Shown here: positions 1 to 9,900 of the stretch, piece after piece | Numbering within the stretch: the first letter of the stretch is position 1 | Layout of the letters: every line of letters begins with the position of its first letter | Origin: an uncultured Polyangiaceae bacterium | GTDB taxonomy: Bacteria; Myxococcota_A; Polyangia; Polyangiales; Polyangiaceae | Assembly (NCBI GenBank): GCA_965652275.1 | Contig: CBFGUR010000009.1 | Coordinates: forward strand, 24,940-88,939 | Direction: 5' to 3' | Length of the DNA stretch: 64,000 nt | Program-made: the position numbers and the translations under genes | The notes under the pieces: model-generated | Database searches by the model: none | Seen by the model: only the letters and a program-made list of their open reading frames with translations | What the model was told of the DNA's origin: nothing

Positions 1-1136
1 TCTCATGGCCGCGAGTGATGCCTGCCGGCCGCGGGGCCATCAACGAGAAGGGTTTCGAATTCTATGACCGACTCGTCGATGCCTTACTCGAGAAAAGGAT
101 AACGCCCTTCGTCACCTTGTTTCATTGGGACTATCCGCTCGAGCTCTTCCATCAGGGTGGGTGGCTGTGTAGGGACAGCTCGGATTGGTTCGCGGAGTAT
201 GCCGCCACGGTGGTGCGGCGGCTTTCCGACCGGGTAACGCACTACTTCACCCTCAACGAGCCTCAGGTGTACCTCGGACATGGACACCACGATGGGCATC
301 ACGCTCCTGGGCTCACGCTCCCGTTTTCTCAAGTACTGCTCGCGGGGCACCACACGCTCCTGGGTCATGGAAAGGCTGTTTCGGCGATGCGAGCAGCGGC
401 CAAGCAGAAGCTTTTCGTGAGCTATGCGCCCGTTGCGATGCCCAAGCTTCCGGTCGACGAATCAGCCGAGGCGGTCGAGTTTGCTCGAAGCGCGATGTTC
501 GACGTGACGCGCACCGATTGTTGGGTCAACTCTTGGTGGATGGACCCGGTCGTACTGGGGGTCTATCCAGAGCAAGGTCTTAGGCATTTCGGCAAAGATG
601 TTCCCCCCATCCAAAGTGGTGACATGGAGATCATCTCCGCTCCCATCGACGCGCTGGGCGTGAATATTTACGAGGGACGGACAGTGGTCCCGAACCCGGA
701 CGGATCCGCCGCTGCCGTCGAGCAAACGGCTCCCATCGGTGGGCCGCGTTCTGCGTTCAACTGGCCGATTACTCCCGAAGCTCTCTATTGGGGCCCGAGG
801 TTCCTCCACGAGCGCTACAAGGTGCCCCTCTACATCACCGAAAACGGTCTATCGGGGCGAGACTGGGTTCATCGTGACGGGAAGGTTCACGACCCGCATC
901 GCATCGATTTTACGTGCCGCTATTTGAGAGCCCTTCACCGGGCGATCTCGAACGGCGCCGACGTGCGCGGGTATTTCCACTGGTCTATTTTGGATAATTT
1001 CGAGTGGGCGGCTGGCTACCGCGAGCGCTTCGGGCTCATCCACGTCGACTACGAGACCCAAGTGAGGACACCGAAAGACTCCTTTGACTGGTACAAGAAA
1101 GTCATTGCATCCAACGGCACGGTCTTGGCCGACTGA
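1..1136 (+). CDS. Glycoside hydrolase family 1 beta-glucosidase (5' partial; gene begins upstream of window)
   Basis: The frame of ORF 15..1136 stays open back to base 3 (SWPRVMP...). It carries the GH1 signatures TLNEP (acid/base Glu) and YITENG (nucleophile Glu). About 80 N-terminal residues of a typical GH1 are absent. Confidence 0.9.
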   Translation, partial: SWPRVMPAGRGAINEKGFEFYDRLVDALLEKRITPFVTLFHWDYPLELFHQGGWLCRDSSDWFAEYAATVVRRLSDRVTHYFTLNEPQVYLGHGHHDGHHAPGLTLPFSQVLLAGHHTLLGHGKAVSAMRAAAKQKLFVSYAPVAMPKLPVDESAEAVEFARSAMFDVTRTDCWVNSWWMDPVVLGVYPEQGLRHFGKDVPPIQSGDMEIISAPIDALGVNIYEGRTVVPNPDGSAAAVEQTAPIGGPRSAFNWPITPEALYWGPRFLHERYKVPLYITENGLSGRDWVHRDGKVHDPHRIDFTCRYLRALHRAISNGADVRGYFHWSILDNFEWAAGYRERFGLIHVDYETQVRTPKDSFDWYKKVIASNGTVLAD

Positions 1137-1156
1137 AGGGATCGGCTGCGCGCCAT

Positions 1157-3007
1157 TCATTCGACCATCGGAGCACTAGCACCCGACGCGGCAAGCGCTG
1201 CGCCCCCTTCTCTCTCGTCACAAACAGCGAACGACGTTCCGCCGACACGGCCGGCAACGTTTGCGTCGCCGATGGCCGAGCGCCGAGGCTCGATGCGATG
1301 CCCACGCGCCTGCATGGCATCGCGGAGGGCGCCTGGTAGCGGGTGAGATCGTTCCGTAGTCAGCGTTCCCGGGGCAAACGTCTGGTGTACGCGGGGAGCG
1401 GCAACCGCTTCTTTCAGATTCTTCTCGTCGATGGCGAGGTGCAAGACCAATTGACTCACGGTACTCGGGATGGTGTCGCCTCCTGGTGAACCCAGCACGA
1501 GCGAGCCCGCATCGCCCAAAATGGCCAAGGTCGGCGCCATCGAACTCGTCGTGCGCCTTCCTCCTTGGGGCGTATTGACCCCAACGGAGGCGAAGGACGC
1601 CGTGGAGTTGTTGAGGACGATGCCCGTCTCTCGACTGAAAATCCGAGCCCCGTAGCTCCCGGAGAGTGTTACCGTCAAGCTCACGAGGCCGCCTTCAGCG
1701 TCGATGACACTCAGGTGGGTGGTGTGCTCCAGCTCAGCCAGGACCTTGGCGTATCGTGGGTCCAGGTCGCTCGAGGCCGTTGCCTTTTCGGGATGAATGG
1801 GGTGGGGCTCGAGCCAAGTCTTCGGGTCGAGGGCACGCTCTTTGAGGGCTGCTCGTTCCGGCTCGCTGAGCGGGTCAGGTGCGACGACGAAAAGCTGGCG
1901 TTCGGCCTGGGCACGGCGGCTCGCCTCGGCAAAGAGATGTAGGCGCTCGGCGGAACTCGGCTTGGTTTTCTCGATTTCGCTTTCCCTCAGCATCAGGAGA
2001 GTTTGGGTGAGCGCCACCCCGCCCGCGGATGGGGCGGGCGCAGTGATGATCCGCAAACCATGAAAGTCGAAACATAGCGGCTCGCGAACTTTTGCCCGAT
2101 AGGCCTTGAGATCGGCCAACGTGAGCAACCCCTCGTCACCCAGGCTCTGGACGAGATCCCGAGCGGTGGGGCCTTCGTAAAATCCCCGTGGCCCGTCGTC
2201 CGCGACTCTCTTAAGGGCAATAGCAAGACGCGGGCGCTTGATGACGGACCCAGCAGCTGCTGGCTTGCCGTCAGGGAAGAACACCTCGCGGGCGATGGGG
2301 TCACGTCTGAGATCTCCTTCCGCCCAAACGACGGTTTGGGCTTGCCGTTCCCCGAGCGGATATCCGGCCTTCGATAGTTCGATGGCAGGCTGCAACAAGT
2401 CCTTCCAAGGAAGCTTTCCATGACGTTCGTAGGCCAAGTACAAACCCGCAACCGTTCCAGGGACGCCGACTGACACGGGACCACGTCCGCCGCCTCGAAT
2501 CATCTTCCAAAAGGATTGGTCGGTGAGGCGACTCGGAGAGTCCTCTCGAAAGTCGATCGTCTCCACAGTCCCGCCGAGCCTCAACGTCATGAAACCGCCG
2601 CCGCCAATGTTGCCCGCGCTGGGATGGGTCACGGCGAGCGCGAATGCAGTCGCGATCGCGGCGTCCACGGCGTTGCCCCCAGCCTCCAAGATTCTTATGC
2701 CAGCCTCGGTCGCGGACCGATCGACGGACGTGACGACCCCTTTGGCACCGCTTGCGTCGGCTCCCTCTCCCCAAACGGGAAGCGAGCCCTCCTCGGGTTG
2801 GGGCAGATTCCTCAGACAGGGAGCCACGGGAGGTGGGGGAGGTGGGATGGGTGTGCCTCCGGGAGGGGAGGAGCGGCCTCGTGTGGAAGGGGATTCGGAC
2901 GCCTGGGAGCTCTGGCGTGGCTCCGCCTTACGAGGGCACCCGGACAGCAACAGCACACTCGCGACGGTCAGGACGCTGAGCCTCGAAATCGACACCGGAA
3001 TGCTCAT
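1157..3007 (-). CDS. ggt: Gamma-glutamyltransferase, lipoprotein precursor
   Basis: The GGT autoprocessing/nucleophile region HTTHLSVIDAEGGLVSLTVTL and GIVLNN are present. An internal ATG at 3007 gives MSIPVSISRLSVLTVASVLLLSGC (lipobox) followed by a Pro-rich linker. The longest ORF extends to 3160 but adds no conserved sequence. Confidence 0.9.
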   Translation of the reverse strand: MSIPVSISRLSVLTVASVLLLSGCPRKAEPRQSSQASESPSTRGRSSPPGGTPIPPPPPPVAPCLRNLPQPEEGSLPVWGEGADASGAKGVVTSVDRSATEAGIRILEAGGNAVDAAIATAFALAVTHPSAGNIGGGGFMTLRLGGTVETIDFREDSPSRLTDQSFWKMIRGGGRGPVSVGVPGTVAGLYLAYERHGKLPWKDLLQPAIELSKAGYPLGERQAQTVVWAEGDLRRDPIAREVFFPDGKPAAAGSVIKRPRLAIALKRVADDGPRGFYEGPTARDLVQSLGDEGLLTLADLKAYRAKVREPLCFDFHGLRIITAPAPSAGGVALTQTLLMLRESEIEKTKPSSAERLHLFAEASRRAQAERQLFVVAPDPLSEPERAALKERALDPKTWLEPHPIHPEKATASSDLDPRYAKVLAELEHTTHLSVIDAEGGLVSLTVTLSGSYGARIFSRETGIVLNNSTASFASVGVNTPQGGRRTTSSMAPTLAILGDAGSLVLGSPGGDTIPSTVSQLVLHLAIDEKNLKEAVAAPRVHQTFAPGTLTTERSHPLPGALRDAMQARGHRIEPRRSAIGDANVAGRVGGTSFAVCDEREGGAALAASGASAPMVE

Positions 3008-3102
3008 GCAGAGATTAGAGCAGCGGGCAGCCCCCGGTGAAAGTCGATGGAAATCGGAGTCGTGACTCTTTTTTCCCGGGGCCAGGGCGCTATGCCCTTC
3101 GC

Positions 3103-3642
3103 ATGAAAGCCCCGCTCGTCGAGTTGGTCGGACCCACCCCGACGCCGCTGTCGATTGCAATCATGACCGTGAGCGATACGCGAACGATTGAGACCGACAA
3201 GAGCGGGGATGCTCTTGCTCATTTCGTCTCAGAAGCGGGTCATCGCCTGGCCCTGAGGCAGATTGTACCCGACGAGAAAGAGGCTATCCGGACTCAGGTC
3301 CGCTCGTGGAGCGAAGACCCAGCGGTGCAAGTCATCCTAGTGACGGGCGGGACAGGCATCACCGGTCGCGATGTGACTCCCGAGGCGATCGCGCCGCTCG
3401 TCACCAAGGACATTCCCGGATTTGGCGAGCTCTTCCGGCTGCTGAGCTACGAGGACATCGGCGCCGCGACCATCCAGTCGCGGGCGTTCGCTGCTTTGTG
3501 CGGGACGACCTTGGTATTCGCATTGCCGGGATCCACGAGTTCCGTTCAGTTCGCCGTCGACAAGATCCTCCGCGCGCAGCTCGACGTGAGGACGAAGCCG
3601 TGTAACTTCGCTCAACTGTTGCCTCGCCTCTCCGAGGTCTGA
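3103..3642 (+). CDS. moaB: Molybdenum cofactor biosynthesis protein B (MoaB/MogA family)
   Basis: Contains [10 protein letters not shown]...[19 protein letters not shown]...ALPGST, which is typical of the MoaB/MogA fold. The ATG at 3103 (MKAPLVEL) fits the family length. Confidence 0.85.
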   Translation: MKAPLVELVGPTPTPLSIAIMTVSDTRTIETDKSGDALAHFVSEAGHRLALRQIVPDEKEAIRTQVRSWSEDPAVQVILVTGGTGITGRDVTPEAIAPLVTKDIPGFGELFRLLSYEDIGAATIQSRAFAALCGTTLVFALPGSTSSVQFAVDKILRAQLDVRTKPCNFAQLLPRLSEV

Positions 3643-4637
3643 GCATCATCGACGACCCATAAGTCCGCATCCTGCTTTTCCCAAAGACGGACGTCGCCAC
3701 AAAGTGAGCTGACGACCGGGGTGCCCAAGCTTCGGGCTTCACGGATGACCGTTGGGGCGCCCTCGATTCGAGAAGCCGAGACGAGTAGGTCCGCCGCTGA
3801 AATCCAGGTCAGAGCCCGATGTCGCGAGAGCTGACCCAAAAATCGCACATCAGGGTATCGGGCCGCCAAGGTGGCGCGAAGAGGCCCGTCTCCAATGACT
3901 GCCACCTTCAGGTTCGGCACGAGGTCCGTTGCGGCGAGTGCGACTTCCGGTCGTTTGCTATCGATCAGACGTCCGACGACGATTGCCCACTGATCCTGAT
4001 CTCTCATACCCAGGGAGAAACGTGCGGCGGACTTGGGCGGCACCATCGGACATTCGATTGCTGCCGGCTGAACGGCTGCGCGCTCGATTGCAGCGTCCGT
4101 CCCCGGGGTGAGAGGCGCGCTCATGAGGGCGGCCTTGAGCTCCTCTGACACGAATCGAAACTCGAATCCGACGTCGACCAGGGAACTCAGGATCCGTCGC
4201 CGGACGGCAGCCGGAAGTCGCAGCAACACCCGCACATCGGAGCCGTGGGCGACGGCGCTGGCCTTGGGCACCCGTCGAGCGATCAAGAATCCCCATGGGA
4301 AAGCGGTCGGGAGAAGCCAATGGCACACCAACCGATCGAACCGTGGCTCTGCCTCCAGGAGACGAAGTACTTTCACGGTCGTCGAAAGTAGACCCCACAG
4401 GCGCCACGGTTTTTCCCGAATCCGAGGGAGGGCGCCAGGTCGAGAGAATAGACCGCTCGCACCGAGCGTCTTTATGCCTGGGTCGATGAATGGCCCCCCC
4501 GGCGCAGCTACCGTGACGTCGTGCCCCTCGTCCCGAAGCTGCTGCACCTCGCTCCGAACGAAGTGGCCTGCGGCGTCGTCGTCACGACGGGGATAAGAGG
4601 TCGTCAGGACGAGGATTCGCTCTCGGCGCGACATCAT
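3612..4637 (-). CDS. Glycosyltransferase, GT-B fold (GT4-like)
   Basis: The N-terminus reads [22 protein letters not shown]-terminal E-x7-E-like segment, [23 protein letters not shown], is present. I chose the ATG-ATG at 4637. The longest ORF starts at TTG 4673, where it overlaps the upstream stop as TTGA. Confidence 0.8.
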   Translation of the reverse strand: MMSRRERILVLTTSYPRRDDDAAGHFVRSEVQQLRDEGHDVTVAAPGGPFIDPGIKTLGASGLFSRPGALPRIREKPWRLWGLLSTTVKVLRLLEAEPRFDRLVCHWLLPTAFPWGFLIARRVPKASAVAHGSDVRVLLRLPAAVRRRILSSLVDVGFEFRFVSEELKAALMSAPLTPGTDAAIERAAVQPAAIECPMVPPKSAARFSLGMRDQDQWAIVVGRLIDSKRPEVALAATDLVPNLKVAVIGDGPLRATLAARYPDVRFLGQLSRHRALTWISAADLLVSASRIEGAPTVIREARSLGTPVVSSLCGDVRLWEKQDADLWVVDDAQTSERRGNS

Positions 4638-4669
4638 GTCGACTTCACCTTCAGCCGCGCGCCAAGCGG

Positions 4670-5062
4670 TCAACTTCGCTCGGTGGAAGCTGGAACGACG
4701 CGACCTCGGGGCAGAGTCCCGAGCTCGATCAACTCGTCCACTCCGAACTCATCGAGAAGGAGACCGAGCTGGTGCAGGTACTCGAAGCTGTAGATTCCGG
4801 AATCGTGATGGTCGCCCCAGCCCAGACTGAGTGCGTAGTTTCCGACCGGCTTGATGTTACGAAGCTCCAGGTTCTTGTCTGATTGAAAATTTATTTCACC
4901 GGAATGACCTTGGCAACCGGCGCACGGGCAGAATCCCCTCAGGATCACGTGGGGGATTTTGTGGGTGATGCCCCCCTGCCACGATATCTCGAAAATTCGC
5001 GCCCCGTGTGGGGCCCGAATCCCGGTCGGGCGCCCCGGATTTTGAGATTGTATCGACTTCAC
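4670..5062 (-). CDS. DUF971 (gamma-butyrobetaine hydroxylase-like N-terminal domain) protein
   Basis: ISWQGGITHKIPHVILRGFCPCAGCQGH matches the DUF971 pattern W-DGH-S...LR..CPCA.C. It lies directly upstream of the GT4-like gene on the same strand. Confidence 0.75.
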   Translation of the reverse strand: MKSIQSQNPGRPTGIRAPHGARIFEISWQGGITHKIPHVILRGFCPCAGCQGHSGEINFQSDKNLELRNIKPVGNYALSLGWGDHHDSGIYSFEYLHQLGLLLDEFGVDELIELGTLPRGRVVPASTERS

Positions 5063-5124
5063 GGTGTAAAAAACCTCGCTTCGGGTTTGCGCTCGCGGGG
5101 GACATCTGCCATATCCCGCCCCCC

Positions 5125-5358
5125 GTGGCTAATCCTAGCGAAGCAGTACAGTGTCGGCCTCTCGAGGTCCAGGTTGGAGATCGTGGCATCGAGCGTGCAA
5201 TCAAGCACCTCAAGCGCAAGATGGCGGCAGAGGGCACTCTCCGCGAGCTCAAGCGCCGGCGCCATTACATGAAGCCGTCGATCAAGATTCGCAAGAAGAT
5301 TGCGGAAGCTGCGCGTCGTCGTCGCAAGCGCATCCGTCCGGAAGAGACCCGGTTCTGA
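5125..5358 (+). CDS. rpsU: 30S ribosomal protein S21
   Basis: VQVGDRGIERAIKHLKRKMAAEGTLRELKRRRHYMKPSIKIRKKIAEAARRRRKR matches the S21 consensus (ALRRFKR...YEKPS..RKRK). There is no in-frame ATG near the conserved N-terminus, so the in-frame GTG at 5125 is proposed. The start is uncertain. Confidence 0.8.
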   Translation: MANPSEAVQCRPLEVQVGDRGIERAIKHLKRKMAAEGTLRELKRRRHYMKPSIKIRKKIAEAARRRRKRIRPEETRF

Positions 5359-5466
5359 GCTTTCCTGAGCTGAGGCGTGTGGGCTCTCGCGCACGTTCGC
5401 CTCGGTCTCAGCTTGGCCAACGCTTTCTTGCAGATACTCGAATTGCGGAGAGCTCTTGGACACTTG

Positions 5467-5499
5467 GCAGCGGACGTGAGTCCGCTGCTCTTGCTTTGT
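5467..5499 (+). terminator. Putative intrinsic terminator downstream of rpsU
   Basis: A perfect 9-bp stem, GCAGCGGAC-GTGA-GTCCGCTGC (5467..5488), is followed by the T-rich run TCTTGCTTTGT. Confidence 0.55.
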
Positions 5500-5552
5500 A
5501 CGCTCGTGCCCCAAACTTGGCCAAAAAGGTCCGAGATGCGTAGTCCATACCC

Positions 5553-6902
5553 ATGGTTTCTGCCCGCACTCGGCATGAGGCGCATGAACGACAAATAGGG
5601 CCCCGTCTGCCGTTTCGACTTCGGCACGTTCTGACCGCTGGGCTCTTCGTCCTCTTGGGCAATTGGCTTTGGCCAAGGGGGTACGCGGCCTGGAGCCTCC
5701 ACAATTTGGCGGTGCTCCATGCGGACTATGCTCTTTGCATGGTGGGCCCGACCGGCCCCGACCTGCTCAAGAACGATAGTTCCGCCTTCTTGGAGCTGGC
5801 CCGCCGGCGGCTCGTTGCCTCGATGCCCGACGACCAGCCGTTTTTGGCATGCCAAGAATTCGCCGAGAAGATGGGCCTTTCCCACGCCGCCTACCGGCTC
5901 CACGAAGCCCACGCCGCCGATTTCGAGGAGTATGAGAATGCACCCGTCCCCCGGGCACTCAAATCCTTGAGCGCAATCAGTCCGTCCCTGGCGCGCCTCG
6001 AGGAGCTTGCGGATCGAGCTTGGCCGTTCGTTCGCAGTGGGCCCGGGAAGCTGATGAAACCTTCCTCTCATGCCAAGGAAGCTCCGCACGTCACCGTGCC
6101 CCCGGCGCCAGGGCGGGGAACGGGCCTCCCTGCCTCCAGGTTGCTCTACCGCTCGACTGCCGCATTCGGCGATACCGCGGTCGTTGCGCTCGGATCAGGC
6201 GCAAGCGCGCGCGTTTTGACGTCGAAGAATCGCGGTGTCGACTGGATAGCGGGCGGGCGTCAGCTTGCTTCCGAAATCCAAGATCGCTGCGTAGCGGATG
6301 ACGAAGGTCGGGCCTACACGCTCTCCAGAATGAACGATGGGCGCCGCATCGTGGTCTCTCAGGGGCCTGGCGCACCGCCCCAGATTGCAGTGCTCGGACC
6401 GGCCGAGCACGAGATAGCGAGCATTTCCTGTGATCAGTCGGCCCTCGTCGCTGCTCTCGTTCTGGCGGCGGATCACTCCGGAAACCGTCAAGTGCGACTC
6501 CGCTTGTGCCCGTTTCGCCGTCCGTGTCGTGACATGCAGCAGCCCAACACTGGACGCGACCGGCTCTACTATCCCGTCGACGTGGCGCGCATTGGTGGCG
6601 ACACGGTTCTCTCACGGACGTCGGGGGGGATTACTCGCGTCAGCTCATCGCGCGATGACGGACGCTCGTGGTTGCCGTGGACCGTCGCCTTCGATCGCGT
6701 TTCCACGGGTGCGCGGGGGCATGCTCCGTTTCGGCTCCTCGTAGTAGCGGACGACGTCCTCTTGTACGGGGGCGCTCGCGACGAAAGTGCGTATCCTCTG
6801 TTGGTTTCGGAGGATCACGGAGCCAGTTTTCACCCGCCAGCTTCTTCCAGAGCGGCGAATTCGAAAACCAGCGCCCAGGAAGCGTTGGCGGCTGTCGACT
6901 GA
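5553..6902 (+). CDS. Membrane-anchored hypothetical protein with Asp-box (BNR-like) motifs
   Basis: It has an N-terminal hydrophobic segment, VLTAGLFVLLGNWLW. Asp-box-like motifs are SRDDGRSW (exact S-x-D-x-G-x-x-W), SEDHGASF and SKNRGVDW. No closer family was recognised. Confidence 0.6.
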   Translation: MVSARTRHEAHERQIGPRLPFRLRHVLTAGLFVLLGNWLWPRGYAAWSLHNLAVLHADYALCMVGPTGPDLLKNDSSAFLELARRRLVASMPDDQPFLACQEFAEKMGLSHAAYRLHEAHAADFEEYENAPVPRALKSLSAISPSLARLEELADRAWPFVRSGPGKLMKPSSHAKEAPHVTVPPAPGRGTGLPASRLLYRSTAAFGDTAVVALGSGASARVLTSKNRGVDWIAGGRQLASEIQDRCVADDEGRAYTLSRMNDGRRIVVSQGPGAPPQIAVLGPAEHEIASISCDQSALVAALVLAADHSGNRQVRLRLCPFRRPCRDMQQPNTGRDRLYYPVDVARIGGDTVLSRTSGGITRVSSSRDDGRSWLPWTVAFDRVSTGARGHAPFRLLVVADDVLLYGGARDESAYPLLVSEDHGASFHPPASSRAANSKTSAQEALAAVD

Positions 6903-6956
6903 AGTCTACTGAACTCTGCGTTACCCAGCGCCGTGATCGGAGCCCAGCCCGGGTTA

Positions 6957-9900
6957 TCAGGATCGTTTAGGTGGTGGCGGTTTCGGTCGCCGCGGAGGAG
7001 CGGGGCGATCGTCGGTGCCGGATGGCGCTGGGCGGCGCGGAGGCGCGGGGCCTCGGCTGACGTTGGGGGCAGAACCGCTCGTGATTTGTTCCGTGGTTAG
7101 GGCGAGCCCGAGCGCTTCTCTCGCGCGGGCACATTTCTCCGTGGTCGAAAAGAGCAGCAGGTCCTTCGCCTCGTGGTGCGATTCTATCCAGCGGAATCGC
7201 GAGGGACCACCGGACGCCAGTTTGACGCCGTCGGCTCGAGCCATCGAACTGATTGTAATCGCGGGATCGCCCATGCCGAGTAGGGCCACGCGAGACGCCA
7301 GGACCCGGGGTTTGTCGCCCACGTTCGCACCCTGATTCCCAAGTGCTCCGATTACCTCGAGGGCCAACATGGGCACATCGTCGTCATACCCGACCCGTGC
7401 CAGCCCCTGTTCGATCAGAGCCCGAGCCTGGGCAGTCTTTCTTGGATCAACCTGAGGCGGACGCCAGTTTGGCGCGAAAAGGTGCAGCAGGGCCGCGAGC
7501 ATCGGATATCGGTCCTCGTCCCGGCTCCTGGCCAAGGCTCCAGCTCCCAGCCAGCGGAGTTTGAGCGCGCGAAGCAGAAGGTAATCTCGCTCCGCCTCGG
7601 GCATCGATTCGAGATCTTTACCGATGAGGAGCCGGGCAGGTTCGGTGGTGACGGGCAGGCATTTCGCTCCCAGTCTGTCCGAGATGAAAAGATGGGGCGC
7701 TTCCGAGTTGAGGGCGGCGGCGATCTGCTGCATGCGATCGAAGGTCGGGCCCGCGGTCAGAGAACGCGCTCCCATATTGGCAAGATCGACTGAGAAGGCG
7801 GCGTCCATCGCAGCGCCGGTCTTGCGCAGCAACGCACGAAGGGGCGCCCCAAGTCCGGTTGGGGAGATCATCTCGTCGATCTTGGGGTCGAGTGCCCCGA
7901 GCCCGGCCCCGCGAATGGGGGACTCGGGGGACGTTCCCAGGTACGCGTGGCGGGCCGCTTCCGTCATCTCAGCCTGAGCCGAGCGACCCGACAGCCGTGC
8001 GACGCGCCCGAGGGTATCCAAGAGACCGGCGTCGAGGCGGCCTGTTTCGAGTTTTCTCCTGGCGTCCTTCCCGGCTCGATCCAATAGGAAACCCCGCGGG
8101 CCACCGGTTCCTTGTCGGTCCATGAATCGAACCGTCGCTTCGAGCACTGACGCATCCAGTGGCCAGGCTTTTCGCGTCCTTTCGAGAGTTGCGCCGGCTC
8201 GCTTGGGGTCGTCTGCTACCTTCTCGTAAATCTCCGCGAGCTTCAGCGCACCATCCCGTTTCTTCTCGGGGGTCGTAGCGGCCTGGATGAGCTTCGTCTG
8301 CATCATCGTCGCTCGTTCGGCCAGCCCCAAATTGGAGTAAATTCGCACCAGGTCTTGTTGGGTCCGCTCGTCTTCTGGTCTCTCCGTGAGAACCGCCTGG
8401 TAGGCATCCATGGCTTTCTCGAGTTGACCGAGGTGCTGGTCATAGAGGTGCGCGAGAGAGCGCATGACTTCCGTTCGCTCCTCACCTGGATCGAGACGAG
8501 CATGGAGAGCAGCGAGGGAACGTTCGGCGGCTTCGTGAGCACCGAGCTCGGCGCTGACGTCTGCGTGCGCCCGGAGGGCGCCTGCGTGAGTCGGGTGGGA
8601 AGCTAGCGCGGCCTCGAGGTGTTTCTTCGCGTCCGCGGGACGCTCCAGAGCGGAGAGCAAGGACGCCAGCTTGAGTTCCAGTTGGAGGTGCTCCGCGCCC
8701 CCTACCTGGATGAGCGAGAGACGCGCTTCGATGAGCTTTTCTACTTCATTCAAGGCCCCATGAGTCTCACGCCGAGCGCACAAGAGGGTGAAGGCCTCTT
8801 GGTGTTCGGGAGCGGCCTCGAGGGTGAGCTCATAGCAATCGGCGGCGCGCTCCGGGTCCTCTGCTGCATCGAAGAGTTGCCCCGCCGCGAAGAAGATCTC
8901 CGACCGGTGTTGATGCACGGCCGATGCGTGTCCGAAGGCTTCGAGCTGTTCGGCGTGTTCCAGAGGGTCGTCGGGCGTATGGAGATGATTGAGGAGTTGG
9001 TGGGCCAAGAAGGAGCCGGGTTTGGCGTCGATCGCTTTGCGCGTCCATTCCAGCGCCTCCGAGGCTCGTCCCAGGCGCGCAAGAACGAGGGCCCGCGCAA
9101 GTGCGCGGCTACACCTATCGAGGTCGGTCCCCGAGAGGTTCGCCAGCTTCTCGTACGAGCGGAGAAGGAGTCCGTCGTCGCGCTTGTCCAGGGCGAGCGT
9201 ACTGATGCCCCGAATCGCCAACAGTGGTGGGGACTCGACCTCGAGCAACGGCTCGAGGTGCTTGCGGGCGGCTCTCAAGTCGCACTCGGCAAGCGCGCGC
9301 GCGCCAAAAATGAGCCTGTAAGTCTGTGCGTCGTCATCAGGGAGCGCTTGCGCCAGCTTGTCCGTGACCGAGCTCGTGGAGAGCCCTTGCGCGAGCAGAG
9401 TCTCCTCAAGCCGCAGGAGCGCGGGAACGTAGTCGGAGAACTCTTCAGCCAGGGCTTTCTGCCAGAGGAGCGCGGCCGCCCGATCTCCTCGCTGCTCATC
9501 GAGTTCGGCGAGTCGTTCGTACGCGAAGCGACGCGCCGCGGGATCCGATGCTCCTTTGGCTCTCTCCAGCCAAAGCGGACTGATGGTGCTGGTGTTTCCC
9601 GAGAGCTTCTGCGTATCGATACCGATCTCACCGGCAGCGCGGTCAACCTCCGCACAGAGGCTCCCCAGCTCGGCCGCATCGTCCATTTCACCGGTGACGA
9701 TGCCTTGAGCCAGCCTCAGCAGAACTTCGCTGGCGGCCGCGACTTGTTTGGAGCCCGGATCAGCTGAGTCCTCGGTGGAGGCAACGAGGGGCAGCCGAGC
9801 TTCCTGAAGGTACGCGATCGCCCTCTCCGCTGGATCGTCTGCCGTGGAACTGAAGTCGCCGGGCGTCAGAGACTTTTGCCCGTTCCAAGCTTGCCCGAGC

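Noticed and set aside
3008-3102. Possible Moco riboswitch upstream of moaB
   Set aside because: The spacer is only about 95 bp and is shared with the divergent ggt promoter. I could not find the conserved Moco-RNA helices or motifs. An Infernal scan would settle it.
8619-9767. 382-aa plus-strand ORF inside the 1612-aa TPR gene
   Set aside because: It lies entirely antisense to a much longer ORF whose translation reads as coherent helical-repeat protein. Its composition (Arg/Leu/Glu/Gly-rich) is the mirror of that TPR gene. Long antisense shadow ORFs are expected in high-GC DNA, and I recognised no motif in it.
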